Shown: positions 14,059 through 28,639 of the stretch, in pieces
Layout: the number at the start of each line of letters is the position of its first letter
Position numbering within the stretch: position 1 is the stretch's first letter
NCBI GenBank assembly: GCA_951406725.2
Contig: OX597830.1
Coordinates: 69,130,001-69,194,000 of the forward strand
DNA from: Octopus vulgaris
Lineage: Eukaryota
Direction of reading: 5' to 3'
Length of the DNA stretch: 64,000 nt
Program-made: the position numbers and the translations under genes
The notes under the pieces: model-generated
What the model saw: the letters and a program-made list of their open reading frames with translations, nothing else
Told to the model about the DNA's origin: nothing
The model's database searches: none

Positions 14059-14887
14059 CTAGAGAATAATACAAACATGGTTAATTGCAGAAAACGTTTT
14101 GGAGTTAGAATGTTTAGCTGTTAGTAGCAAGGTTTAAACAATATGCTTATATGAAGGAGGAGGTATATAAGTAACAGTAGTGTGCAAAAGACAAAGAATA
14201 ACCACATCTAAAAATCCAACTACACCCAGATATAGACTCAGAAAATATAATGTGAAAAGATATTTTTATTTTCAGTTTAGGTGTAGAAATCTGAACATAG
14301 CTATTATTGCTTTCAAATAAAGATATGAAATAGTGTTTATAATTATTTTACTTTTATAAGGTTCAGTTTTCATGATATCAGTGAAAATCCCTTAACATAT
14401 TATTTTAGGCATAATTTAGAAATGTTTAGGAAAATAATATCATCAGATGCAATATGAAACACAATTTATATATATATATAAATGAATTATAAAGTTCACA
14501 TCCTGAAATCACCAAAAGACTCCCAAAAGCCTAAAATTCAAAGAAGGAAAACAGTAAAGACATTGAATAGTTCTATAAGTTATAGAAAGTTTTTTTTTAA
14601 ATGATGATGAACATATAAATATCATTTAATGTAATTTTATTTAAGCGTGTACATATTAATTCTACATTTTCCCAATTGAAAAACGGACATATATTCTTGC
14701 GTAAGAAATGCTTAAAAAAATAAGACGATGCCAAATACGCTTTTAACAAATTCATCGCCACCAGAACGCAGGTCATGTTGATCCCATGTAATCTCCTCCA
14801 TGTTCTGAGGTCAACGTTCACTCTCTTCTATAAAGCCAAAAGTCCTGTGATCGGTGTAACACACACACGCACGCACGCACGCACACA

Positions 14888-14918
<31 letters not shown>

Positions 14919-15270
14919 GTTCGTGTGCACATATGATTGTGTGTATTATCTATGTATATATATATATATGTATATATACATACTTACATACATACTTACA
15001 TACATACATACATACCCATTGACGTGCTTATAGTGTCGAATACTTTCGGTATGCAAATTAGGGACTCTTACATAGAGTAACTGCTGCATTTGCTGAGTAT
15101 ATAAATAGTTTGGCTGCTTGCTTCCCTGGAGACTGTCAGAATAATGTAGACGCGTCTGATGAGAACGCAATAAGGGTTGAAAATCAATTAAGATTGTTCA
15201 TTATATTTTTTTCAATCTGTGGAGAAATGCCTAAAATTTGCCCTGTTCATAATTACAGGCATATGTTACA

Positions 15271-15326
<56 letters not shown>

Positions 15327-15345
15327 CACACATATGCATACATAC

Positions 15346-15376
<31 letters not shown>

Positions 15377-15482
15377 CATACATATATATATATACATATG
15401 CATACATACATATATATATACATATATATATATACATATGCATACATACATATATATATATATATATATGCATACATACATT

Positions 15483-15532
<50 letters not shown>

Positions 15533-16081
15533 TATAGATAGATAGATACATATACATACACATATACTTACATATATACTTACATACATACATACATACG
15601 TAAATATATATGTATATATGGGGAAATTAGAAACTGGTTCTACTGGTTTGGCTTATGATATGATGATTCTTTCCATCCCTAATAATATGATATATAGAAG
15701 CTGGTTTTTCTAATATTAAAAATTGTCCCCAGTGATATTAACATGAAAACCACTACGCTGACTGTAATAATATAACAAAATGGAAGCCTGCAGTAAATAT
15801 ATAGAATTTACTAGCTGGATCTACCAAAAAAAGATAAAATAGAGTTCTACCTACTGCAAATATAGTAGATGGCTCTACCAGTCTGAAGAATAATAGCTTG
15901 ATCTACTAGTATAAAAGATAGCAACCAGTCGTGTCGATGTGAGAATATATATGAAATTATTCATAAACAGAATATACAGCGTTCATTTTAAGCAAAACCT
16001 TTGAGGAAATTCTCAAGAACTCATCCATCACAATTCAGAACTATTCAAGTATTTTTTTTAAAGATTAGAATGAAAGCTTAC

Positions 16082-16130
16082 TTGTCTGGGTTTCTGACCA
16101 GATATCTGAGCCATCTCTTGACGTTCTAGT
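16082..16130 (-). CDS. Micro-exon type B (phase 2 to 0), (A)LERQEMAQISGQKPRQ
   Basis: gattttgcag| acceptor, |gtaagc donor, CTGAC branch-like motif. Paralogue of 6077-6125 with the frame preserved and mostly conservative changes. Confidence 0.72.
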
Positions 16131-16556
16131 CTGCAAAATCAATAAATGGTAAAATTCCAGGTCAGTAAAATGAATTGTCATGATGTGTATAAAGATGAAT
16201 ATTTAAGTCTTTATCCTTTAACTGTGAACGTCGAACAGAAAATTTGTGTTATTGCATGGAAAGAAATCGAGACAATGGAAAAGAAACTCAGCTTTAAGGT
16301 GAAAAGTTATGCACAGAAAGAATGATTTAGCTAGATATGAAGGTTGAGAGATAAACAAAGATCAAAGGAAGTTAAGAAAATAAGAGAGAATTCAGAAAGA
16401 GGCAATTCCTCAAAGAGAAGCAAGTAGAAATATACCGAAAATGGCAGAAAAGGTGGAGAAATTAAACTTAACAGAAGCAATTGATAAACAATAAGAACAG
16501 CAGGAATTATACCTTAGAAATTATTCTATTCTCATACACTCACACACAAACACACA

Positions 16557-16679
<123 letters not shown>

Positions 16680-16814
16680 CACAAAAGAGGTGTTTCCATG
16701 CAGCAAAAAGAAATGGGCAAATTTGTTGTACCTATATATATATAATTAATAGAAAAAAAGAGGGACTAAAAGGACAAGTAAAACAACGTCGCGAGGACTT
16801 GACACATGCAAATT

Positions 16815-17790
16815 GTTAATAAGACGCTCACAGAATGAAAGAAAGAAAGAGTGTTTTACGTTTCGAGCAAAGGTCTTTTTCAGAAACAGGAGATGGCGTA
16901 AAATTCAAGCTAGAAAAATACCCAGAAGAGATCCCAGGACGCATCAACCACAGCTTCACAATCCCAGCACTGAAATTTAACCTCCAGAACAACTACTTCA
17001 TGTCCGATATTGTTTACTATGAAGAAAAATGTGGAATTGCAGTGGAACCTCGTGCTGCCCCACTGATTGCGAATTTTGTAATCTAGAAATTAAAATATAC
17101 CAATTATCACAGCAAAAATATGGTACCTCAAAGGAATTAGACATACGAGCCTTAAGGGAAGTTAACCGAAATACTACACCAAATTTAAATGTACTCCTAT
17201 ACATCTCCACATATAACTCCAGAAACAATGAGGCATTCAACATCATCATCCAGAATTTACCCATTCGCACTGGGGATAAACAATGAACGAAATTTTGGAC
17301 TCACACAAAATTATCAAAATTTAACCGGCGCAAGATTATGTCCCTTAACAACGGAACCAAAGGTGCAAAATGGGGGTGGCCTAACTGGGGCACATGCTTC
17401 CACCTTTTGGGGGATACAGAATTTCACTTCAAACAAGGTGAAATATTTAAGATAAAGTCACATTTCACTTTGCCTCTGAAAACCAAATCTATGTCATTAC
17501 TTGCTTAGGTTGCCAAAACCACTATATAGGACAAACACGAAGATCAACGCTTCAAAAACAACAAATCAGTTTCCCACAGTATAGACAGATACATGTTAGT
17601 GAGCACAAGGATAGATGTGATAGGAGTCTTAAACCAAACTTCCTAAGTTTCCCTTTTTATCAATGCTCCCAGAACACCTCAGTGCAGTAAAGACTAAATA
17701 AAGAGGCAACTTTCAGTAATAAATATCAACCACAACTTAACATGAACACACAACTTAATACAGGACACTACTAACCTTACTAATACAAGT
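16815..17790 (+). mobile_element. Penelope-like fragment (third copy)
   Basis: Direct copy of 6735-7810 with a deletion. Confidence 0.75.
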
Positions 17791-18132
17791 AATCCCACTA
17801 ATCCTCAAACATCTCATATACCATTCATACTCTGTTAATCATATTAATCTAATTGCATCACTTTCAGAACAGCTTACCTCCCTTGCATACAGATACAGAT
17901 ACAGGTACTATTAGACCCAACAGCGTTTGGAAATTGGTGTTGATTCAAAGTTAGTGAACAGCGATGTCGAAACCGGTATGACTTTCTATAATGACTCATG
18001 GTAAGGATTTTTATACTTCTTAATTTCCCCTCAAATCATATAATTGTATATATATATGTATCTTTGTTCTAAGAAAAAGAACCATTACTTTTATGCCTAG
18101 TGTGCATTTTCTTTGTTTCTTTTTAATTTTTC

Positions 18133-18199
<67 letters not shown>

Positions 18200-18808
18200 C
18201 ATCATTATTACTATTTTACCTGCTCTTCTCCCACTGTTCTATCCTATTACTCTGTTATTCTCTCCTTCACTCTTCCTTGCTCACGTGGCTCCCGCGTGAC
18301 CACCGGACATCTTTCTTATTTTCTCTCCGTTGTAGCTGGAACAAGGAAGACGTGTTCTTGCTTGTATCATGTCCTAGCTTAATTTACGCGTTTGTCACCA
18401 CAACCTCGTTTAGGCTTAACAGACCTTCCTGTTTCTTTTCACTGTCCTGGTTGTGTTACCTATATTTATCCTTTGCAAAATCCCAAATTCTACTTAATCT
18501 GCTTTGCGGGAGCAACTGTTTTATCGAATGCGTATATTGTTGTTAAATGCTCGAAATACGAGAATAGAGAAACAACCAGCAACTGATGACCGGTCGTTCT
18601 TCATGTTTGTTTTGTTTTCCATTTGTGTCTTTCGTTGTTCGAAAAAAATAGTTCGTGTTCATGTACACGTGCTTCGTATTTTTGTACACGTTTTATGACG
18701 TCCTCTGCCCCGATATGCATATATACATTCATACATACATATATATATATATACGTATAAATGTAAGTATGTACATATACGTATGTATATAGGCATATAT
18801 TATCTATA

Positions 18809-18896
<88 letters not shown>

Positions 18897-19124
18897 GTGT
18901 GTACGTGTGTAAATGATCGAAATGTCATACTCACTCCTTTCAGTGGGCGTCAAGCTATAATACATTTTTGTGTACGTTGTCCCGTTTGTTTTCATTTTTC
19001 GTTTTTTAATTCACTATTTTGCGCGCGCGCGCACAGCCATATATAGAAATAAACAACAGCTAAAAACGTATATGTATAAGTCACAGAGACTCGCTAATTC
19101 TTCATCAGTTTTTCGCTAATACTT

Positions 19125-20755
19125 TATCATTTTTCTAAGCCAAATTCCATCTTTATTTCTTTGGCAAAGCCATGTACTCTCTCTTGTACTGTTTCCAGCT
19201 GTTTATCATTTGTAGCGTATAGTTTTAGATCATCCTTATACAAGAGTTGGTCGATTGCTTTCCCGTAAAAGTTGTATCCATATCTAATTCTATTTAGCAC
19301 GTCAGATAAAGGTGTCAGTGCCAAGCAGAAAGAGTGGAAAGATCGTGTCTCCCTGGAATATTACTGTTCTAACGGGGACGGCTCTCTTTCGATTATTGTC
19401 GTTACTTTGGTCATAGAATATTATCAAAAGCTTTTCGATAATCGATCCCAGTCATACTTGGACCATTCTTCTCTTGTCGGCTGTCTTCAGTTATGGCTTT
19501 ATTGACAGGTAGCTGATGCTTTTGCAGCACCCCTTCTTCCGTTTCAGAAACAGGTTGTTATCTTCCAGATGTTTGCCCATTCTCTGCAGTGAAGGTTTTG
19601 TAAATTGTAGCGAGACAAGTTATCAGTTTGTAATTTTGTGGGTTTCCCGTGTCAGTGGACTTGGTAATCAGGAAATGTTTCCCTTCCATGGGCCCTTCAA
19701 ATATTGTCTCAGGTTCTTTTAGTATTTCATCAAATTTCCCGGGCATCGTTTTCTGTATTCCTGTTTGATATTTCAACGAGAAATTGGAGACCGCGTAGTG
19801 CATGGTTGCCGACCTCTTCAGTTGTTATAGGAGTCCAGAGTTGTAGAGGAGCTGTTTTTGTTACTTTGAAAGACCTTTTCCTAGGTTGTTCCCTCACCGA
19901 CCATATTTCTTTCCATTGATCTCTATTTTATATTTGCCAAATTCTAGGTAGAATCTTTTGAAATTGGAGTAGAACTGTTTGTTTTGTTCAAAGAAACGTT
20001 GGCGTATCTCATACTGGCGGATTTTTTGTACTTTGGCGAGGATATATCTTGCTTTAGCTGTTCTTTTATCCCAGGTATACTTTGTTCTAGAATTTTCTAT
20101 TTCCATAGTATTTTACTTCTGTTCTTGTTGCTTAGTGGTGTTGATTATCTACTAATCTCCTTAAGGACTGACAGATCCTTTCTTTTATTTTATATCTTTT
20201 TCTAGATATTCTTTATCCACAGGTTTTTTTAGGTGGTAATTCTTCTGTTTGGATGGGTTTGAGAGGGTATCTAGCTTTGATATATTATAGCATTTAACCT
20301 GATCATACTGACGTTTGTTTCTGTGGGTATTAGTTCCGTGACGGCCAGTTTCCTATTATTTATTATTAATGTGGCTTTAATATCAATCTTAATTTTGGGG
20401 AGCTACAGTCAGTTGTCCATACTGAGATCTGAGCCTTTCATTTCTTTGATTATATTCATTTTTAGAGTATCATAATCATTAGTTTCACCTTCACTCTTTT
20501 AAGGTTTTAGATTTGTTTGGCTTTCCTTCCTGTTCATATTTTTTGTCTGTGGTGTTCTGATTTCGTGCATATAGCTCATCATTATACATTCATACGGCCT
20601 GTGTTTGTTGCCTTCCGTTGTTTTCTTCCTTTTCGTTACGTTTGACTTCGTATCTTACACTCCCAGTGCTTATGATATTATTTGGCATTGCTGTGTGGTC
20701 ACTATCTACGATTTCCTAATGTACACTGAATCGCAAAAGAAACGCAATATTTTTC
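19125..20755 (-). mobile_element. R4/Dong-like LINE fragment (third copy)
   Basis: ORF 19127..19324: ALTPLSDVL...LLYKDDLKLYA...MEFGLEK. Confidence 0.8.
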
Positions 20756-23092
20756 AAATGTAATTTTATATTCTAAATATATTTCAGTGATGTAAGAGTA
20801 AATATTCCAAAACCTGCTGATTTATGGCTGAGACCCAAATTACAGGCAGTCTTTAGACTTTCGTGAAACGGGACGCCGAAATGCAGCTGCGTTGAATGTC
20901 GTGGGTAGCAGTCGCAAACTATTGAAAAGAAAACCGAAATGCACGTGCATCTCGTGGAGGTTATGGCTCAAAAATGAACTTGAACCGCATTCCTGGCATT
21001 CCAAATTTCTTCGCCTTTGGAGTAGTTCATTTCGTACGTGAGTGTTGCATTGTTGGATTATTATTGTTGGAACTCCTTCGTGCTTTTTTTTTTTGTTAAC
21101 GCCACATTTGTTTATGTTCTGCGTTTCGCAGGCTTTTTTCACCATTATTCATATCTATTATATCAACGTCAATGTCTTTATGTGAGTTCGCGTGTTACTT
21201 GTGTATTCAAAAACTGCTGCACCGATCATAATGAAATTTAGAACACAAAATCAAAGCCTAGGGAGAAGGGCAATGCTGTGTGTTTCATACAATTTCATGG
21301 ACCAAAATTACTGAATGGATCCTTATGATATTTGAAACTTAGATTCAATGCATATGGGCGGGTATAATGCAATGTGTGGTTTGAATTTCAGATGGCTTAA
21401 AGGCAGGACCCCCCATGAAAATTCATAAATTTTCGATGTTGATGAAATTTCAACAATGAAGTATTCTCAAAGATTCCACTTCATATGAGGATTCTAAGAC
21501 ACCATATTGAGGGCCTTAACTCCCAAATTTTAGTCATTTCTTTTATGATCCAAAATTAGGTCAAAAGTACTGAATGGATCTTTACGAAATTTGGGAATTA
21601 TATTCTATGCATAAGGGCCATAACCCCCATGACAATTCATATATTTTTTTACTGATGAAATTTTAACCATAGATATTAGATACAAATGAAGTAATATTTA
21701 TAAAGTTTCATCTTCTTGCAAGTTAGAAAGACCCCTTAATGGGGACTTAATACCCACAATTTAGTCATTTTATCTAAGCAAAGACGAATACAGTTGTACT
21801 CTTGGAAGCTGTAGGGTCACCCGAGCATAGAAGATGAGCATTATTTGTAATTCAATGGTACAACAGTGTAAGAGTTTGCTTTGGCATACACTTAGATTGT
21901 GATTTCTGCAATGTGGTGCATAAATTGTCAAGAAAATGGGAGGCATCTTTGCTTCCGCTGATTCAGTTGCAAAGTGTTGAGTAAAGTTATTTGATTGCAG
22001 ACCTCCTTTCAGTCTTTTTATTATCACTGAGTCACACATAGTCCCCAGAGAGTAACATTGATTTCAAGGCCTTCCCAGATGAGTGACTTGTTATTCAAAG
22101 ACATTTATAGATTGTAAATTTATTCTGTCCAGTTACGTATCAGTACAGTGGTCATTTGCAAACTCCAACTTTCATTTATCCTTAGCCCTCACGTCACACA
22201 GTTGTTAATGTTTATTTCAGTTGGGTCACGCCCTTCCAATTACTATAGATTCGTAATGCATCTTACGGCTGTAATACTACATTGGGAATATTACATTGGG
22301 AGTGGTAACGACTGGAGTAGGGTAGCTGACTGCTTATTGTGATGATTCGTCTTTTGGTTTCCTGTAGCTTTGCTCTATTTTACAAACCCAGTGAACATAT
22401 ATTTCCTATTTCAAAGAAATCCAAGCAATAGATATAAGACCGAAGTTAAAAATATTCTCAACAATTCAACTTCTCTGCTTGACATTAAGACATCCCCCCA
22501 CCAATAGGGGCCTTAACTCTCACATTTTAGAGTGCTCCATGACCTCCATTTTTCAGGAGCAAAATCCTTTTAACAGGTTCTATAAGACAAGAATTTTGGA
22601 ATATGCGCATAAAAATCATTAGTATGGGATACATGTGGTACGATTACAATTTTTTTAGGTTGTGTAAAGAGGGAAATAACCCTCATCTGCAATTTTGATG
22701 AAATTCGAAACATTACAGAAAATATAACAGAAAAGTCTAATTCTTCAATTACACGTAACACGGGCAACGTGTATATGCACACAAAGATAAATTGATAGAT
22801 ACAACTGAGTGGGCAAACAAAAATATGAGACAGCCTAGTGCTTTTTTTTATGTTGATAAGCCTGGTACTTATTCTATTAGTTTCTTCTTGTGAAACCAGT
22901 AAGTTTCACAAGGTATGCGTGTCTGATTTCTTGCTGCCATTTCCGACAAATATTACCGCAACAATGGCAAAATTCTTTTTTCTCTTGTAAAAAATTCTTC
23001 TACATCCTTTTGTGGAGCATTTTCGAACTTAAAATTTTCGTTCTTCAAAATTCTGTATAGAGCAGTTGTATACTGTCAACTTAACGTGACAG

Positions 23093-23186
23093 TCCCATAA
23101 AGGGAATCACACCACCGCTATCTAGCCCTAGGAAGCATCAACGCTTCGTAGGGCTAAATAGCGGTAGTGTGATTTCCTTTATGGGA
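23093..23186. repeat. 44-bp-stem hairpin with a 6-nt loop
   Basis: TCCCATAAAGGGAATCACACC...GGAAGC atcaac GCTTCG...GTGTGATTTCCTTTATGGGA. 40 of 44 pairs are Watson-Crick. Confidence 0.9.
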
Positions 23187-23329
23187 TACCATCACTGCTT
23201 ATATCTCTCTGAGATATTTAGAAATTTAATATTTCTATTTTTTGTGATCAGTGGATTTATTTCACTGGAATTATATATGTTTCCAAGGTCTAGACAGGTA
23301 TCTGCAGCTAGCAAATCATGCTACTCCAG

Positions 23330-25050
23330 GTTTTTGTTGTTTTTTGAGAGAAGCTAATCGAAGATGCGTGCGAAGCCGACGTTTGGTGGTAAAAGAAAAA
23401 TTGGAAATCAAGAGCTACGCGGAAGCGACAGCGGAAGACCCGGAAAAGGAGAAATTAAGAAGCCTAACACCGAAGTCGTTGAATTGGGACCCTGAAAAGA
23501 TGAAGAGATACATGAGCAAAGTAGAAAGAGAAGCAACGAATGTGAAGCTTATAATGTCGGAGGAGAAAAAGAAAATGTTAAGGAATTCAACAATAGTATA
23601 CAGAACATTCTCCAACGAATTCAGGAGGATTGAAATAGCACCTGAATTTCAAATAGAAGCAATGGTATAGTGCTGTATGGATAGAGTGGTTTTCATAAAT
23701 AGAGGAAGCCAATACGGCAAGGTAAATGTTATGTTTGAAAACGTGGAGGCGGCAAAGAGGAACGACCAAGTGATAGAAGGAAATAGATGGACTCTCATAC
23801 CCGACAAACCAGGAAAATGTTAGTGAAAATTAGAGTTGGAAGAATCCCACCGTGGACTGAACCAGAACGGATAATAGCAGCAATCTTTACAGAAAGTGAG
23901 AGAGTAGGCTACCGAAATATGGAGAGAATTAGGTTTAACTGGACCCAATTTTCGAATTGGTGGAATTACGGGGTGGAAGTGAACTGTATAGTGAATCAGT
24001 ATTTCTATGAGGAAATACCAGAGACAGCGGAGCTTCCAAACGGATACAAATTGAAGATAATGATGACTGTGAGGTCTTCAAAATCTTACGGATGTGGCGT
24101 GAGGAGGCACTTAAAAAGAAAGTGCCGTAGATTATTGGAAGTTGTAGATATAATAGAGGAGAAGGACATAATCCAAGAGAATGAATTTTTGGAGGTTAAG
24201 GCGAAGAAAAGAGAAAGGAGAATGTCTCCGCCGACAATGGATCCTAACAAGTATAAAGCAAAAGAAAGACAAGTAGAAACAGTTCACCAGTGGGAGCGCC
24301 TAAGAAGAGTGTCAGAAAAAAATCAACATTTCCAAGGAAACACAAAGTCGTTAAACTTCACAAAGAGTCAGACTCACAAACACAGAAACATTCAGATATA
24401 CAGAAAAACAGAGATGCAGACAAACAGACACAAGATAACCCAGAAGTACAGATACCCCAAAACACAGACTCACATACGAAACACACAGGTTTACAGTCAC
24501 ACAATCATACAGACATACAAGCACAAAAAATCTTAGACAGACAAACACAAGAAAACACAGAACTACAAAAGCATAATAACACAGAGTCACAGTCACAATG
24601 CACAGGAAACACACAGAAGCAAATATTTCCTAGTGACATATACGACATCGCAAATAATAGAGAAAAATATTTCAAGATGGAAAGAGACTGTCAAGGTGAA
24701 CTTAGAAGAAGGCTATGACAAGAACATAAGATTATCTTGATGGGTAACACTAAGTATAGCTCGTTAAAGGAGGTCTTTCCATCGGATGTGAATCCGCTGG
24801 GGACTGAGGTGGATGCTGAACCTTGCACCCCGGTGGTGGAATTTGTGGAGATAAAAGTAAAGATAAAGTGGTGAGTATCATCTGTTTCAAAGACTGTAAA
24901 TAAGACAGTGTTAAATCCTTTTGTGTTCATACTGATTTTTAAAAATTGTGAACCTTTGTAAAAGTTTTTAAATTTTAAGTTCTAAAAGAACGAATAACCT
25001 CGTGGTCATCTCGGAGCGGGGCTGGGATGTGCCTGTTTATCAAAATCATC
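23330..25050 (+). mobile_element. Degenerate LINE ORF1/gag-like element with no RT visible
   Basis: KSYAEAT motif, broken ORFs 23251..23670 and 23787..24536, a decayed zinc knuckle (SYGCGVRRHLKRKC) and a CA-rich repeat tail. Confidence 0.55.
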
Positions 25051-25299
25051 TTCATTATAATTATTTCACTTTTCATTCATCTTTTCATGTGTTTATTTAT
25101 CCCCGCAGGTGTATGTATGTCCCTCTGTGTTTGGGCCTTGTGCCTTGGAATTAAAATTAATTCGTAATTTCTCCGTGAAAGAACAATCGTTGAGTGGTTT
25201 AATTTGTTGAAGGCTTCTGGCCAGGTACGTCGAACTACTAAAATTGTTACTATTATCGTTAATTTTTTTCGTTTTTGCAAAAGCACACAGCTTGTTCAG

Positions 25300-25395
25300 C
25301 AGGCTTATGTTTTTATATATACTATATACTTATATTGTGAAATTTGATTTAATACTAAATTGAATGTTTCCCTGTAAGTTTGGAGTTATACTCCC

Positions 25396-25485
<90 letters not shown>

Positions 25486-25760
25486 AAACTTATAAGTTTA
25501 AATTATTTAAATAATTTTAAAATTTTAACTTTAATTTAAATATATTTTAATTTGGAATTTTATATTTTTTATATTTATATTTTATATTTTTTAAATTAAT
25601 TTTATTTCTATGTATTGGCTTATGATTTTCATTGTTTGATTTGCCCAATAGTGGTTTTATCTCTAATTTAATATAATATATATTAATACTATAAAATTAG
25701 ATTTAATCCTAAATCTAATTTTTCTCTGTAAGTTTGGATTTACTCCCTAATAATATTATT
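25300..25760 (+). repeat. Two partial copies of the AT-rich element end also found at 31840-32070, separated by (TA)n
   Basis: Shared ...GATTTAATCCTAAATCTAAT..TTCCCTGTAAGTTTGGATTTACTCCCTAATA and ATAGTGGTTTTATCTCTAATTTAATATA. Confidence 0.75.
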
Positions 25761-26240
25761 ATTATTATTATTATATATAAATATATATATGTATATATAT
25801 ACATGTATATATACATACATTCATATAGATAGATAGATAGATAGATAGAGATAGACATCTCGAAACAGTAAACTGGAAAAATTGTTGGCGTTGTTTGTTT
25901 CCCATTGGACATTTTTTTCATTTCCTAATAGGAGTTACCAAGGAACAAATTGAGAAGGAATAGAGAATCATAACAATACAAAATTTACATTTGGATGGAG
26001 CTTTAATACAGAGTCCGAACAATAAGCGTTCACGTGTTTATGTGTGTCTATATACTGTAATATAGCGACAACGTGGTTGTGGTATTTATAATAAGTAAGG
26101 AATTAAGGTTATTTAGGCTATTAACTGCCTAATTGTCTTATGCTTGTCAGATATTATTCCCTGACCCTCTATTGTCTTTCATCTTCCATCAGTGAATTTA
26201 TTCTACGATAAGGAAACGTTATTTGAAAATGTCTACTTAC

Positions 26241-26284
26241 TGTGGAGTAGGTTTCAGTAGCTTCCTTTTCTCTTGTCCTCCTAT
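26241..26284 (-). CDS. Micro-exon type A (phase 0 to 2), IGGQEKRKLLKPTP(CA)
   Basis: tattattttctag| acceptor, |gtaagtagac donor. 44 nt. The flank GAAGGAGGTATATAAGTAAC is shared with the 14006 and 38880 exons. Confidence 0.75.
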
Positions 26285-27864
26285 CTAGAAAATAATACAA
26301 ACAATATTATTTGCTAAACAAAATGACGGAGTGAGATCTTTTAGCGGTTAAAACCAAGATTTAAGTAATATGAAGAAGGAGGTATATAAGTAACAATAGT
26401 ATGCAGAAAGACAAAAAATAACTACATCTAATAATCAACACACACATATAAACACAGAAAAATACATTTATTTAAAAAGTCATTTGTGCTTTCAGTTTAG
26501 TTTTTGTGATCTGAACATATTTATTATCATTGTTTCCCAATAGAATTTTGCAATCTCATCTACAATTATTGTATTTTTATATGGTTCAGTATTTGCGATG
26601 CGATGTTTGTGTAAATTTTTGTATTCAGAGGCTGGATCACCACAATGCAGTATCTGCTTCGTAATCAACTTAAATAGGCCCTCTCGTAATCTTTCAGCAT
26701 CGAACGTTCGGTCTGCCGAGGATACCCTCTCTTCACTCTCTTATAAGTTTGGGTGTTGGAGGCTTTACTGTATAGACAGGAGATTTTGTGGGGTCCTTCG
26801 CTGGAACTAGGTCACAGGAAAACCATATCTACATACAAGGACGCCACCACTGTCATGTTGGATACTTCGGATTTGTGGTATCATGGTATCATTCTTGTTG
26901 AGCTGTATCTAGGTATAGGTGACCACTCGTCAGACTTAAATTACTGAAGGCGCATCAGTTATTTGTGTCAGAAGAGTCACCTATACTGCTAAGCACTTTA
27001 TCGGAGAGATATCAATGCTCACTCTATGACCGGCCTATAACTTTTGACTTCCTAAAAGATACAGTACCGCTTTAACGCTTTAGAATGTGCTTTTTGATTA
27101 AACAATTTCCACCTAAAGTACTGTTCCCATTTCCTTAAATTACATTATGATCAGCTTCTTCCACTAAACCGTTAGTTTTCTTTAAAAAATTGTGTTCTCC
27201 TGGTTTATAAAAAAGTTTTCACTATAAGAATAGCTAACCACAAGCGTTCTTCTTTTGAAAACTTTTATATCTGTGACTAGCAGGAACGCTTAAGGTGATT
27301 ATTCTTGTAAAAGCTTCGATGTCTCGGAACAATTTGACCCATAATGTAATTGTAAAATCCGTGTAACTCTCCTTTAAATGGGAATTGTTTTATTAAAAGC
27401 ATGAACGTATATAAGAAATGACTGTTATGGTTGTTAACCTTCATGTAAATGATAAAGTTGAATCCATCTGGCCAACATATAAGAAATGACTGTCAACTTT
27501 CATTTGTTTCCTTCTGGCCAATATCATCATGGGTGCATATAACCCCCTGAACTATGATCTCCGGTATTTCAGTCTATAAAGGAAACAAACATCGCACAGG
27601 CTTTGACTAATGCCAAGTACAAGATAACTAAATATAAGTTTAAGGAAAACTAAAAACATAATTTACTAAACTTAAGTATCACAACAAACAAAAATACAAA
27701 TAGTTTTTCTAAGACGAATAAATTATGACCTTGATAATATCAATTCAAAGTTATTCCTTCTGCAAATTTTTGTTTTGTTGTTCATATGCAAAATCTTCTT
27801 GATAGACAATTTCTCCTGTTTTAATAGTAGGGCGAAAATGAAAAGTTTGTCATTGTTCCTCTTT

Positions 27865-28140
27865 CAAAATCTGGCCTTGGGGCTTATTAATGGACATCAC
27901 AAAAGACTGACGTATTGGAAATTGAAGTCGTTTGAACTCGAAAGGCATATTGGCAGGTATCAAAGGTAAGCGAGGAATATTCACCGTTTCCACAGGCAGA
28001 AATTATTGTGGTCTCTATGACATTCCTTGATAATTTCATGGCAATAAGTCTTGTGCCATTGCACAGCCTTTGTTTAGAAAGGTTGCGCAGAAGTCTGACT
28101 GGAGCGCCTATTTTCAATCGAAGGCAATAAGTAGGAGCTC
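27865..28140 (-). mobile_element. Helitron RepHel (PIF1-type helicase) fragment
   Basis: KIGAPVRLLRNL...LCNGTRL followed, after a frameshift, by DMPFEFKRLQFPIRQSFVMSINKPQGQ. Confidence 0.88.
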
Positions 28141-28639
28141 TTTAATATTCAATGAGTATACTACACAAGCTACACACAGCAAGGACAAAGAAACAAAAGT
28201 AGAATGTAAAAAGCTTAAAAACGAACGCACAAGAACAGATTCGAACGCAGACAATAGACATTACAAACACAGACAGCAAAAACAAATCAAAAGAAAAAGA
28301 AAGATAACCAACCCACTACACCAAATTAACATCACTAAGCATATAACACAAGCAACACACAGCAAGGAGAAAAAGACAAAAATAAAATTTACACGTGTTA
28401 AAAAATTTTTGTAAAAATGTTGAATGACGTTAACTGAACTGTGGGGTTCGAGTAGACGTCATTGCACATTTTCATTTATCATTACTATTCTTTTCGTTCG
28501 ATTTAATTTTCCTCCACTGTTGTGTTTTGTTTGTCCTTATGCTGTCCCCTCTGGGTTTCAACTCTATATGGTTGATAAAAGAATATCAGTCTGCGAGGTA
28601 CGCCTTTGTGTTGCGGTTGGTTATTTATTGGTGAAGGTT

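Noticed and set aside
14740-14860. Minus-strand RTFGFIEESE, reminiscent of a cold-shock domain
   Set aside because: In-frame stop follows at once and there is no exon structure.
27490-27575. Possible extra minus-strand exon TEIPEIIVQGVICTHDDIGQKETNES*
   Set aside because: Plausible acceptor, but no good donor and no flank homology. It could be an alternative last exon but is unsupported.
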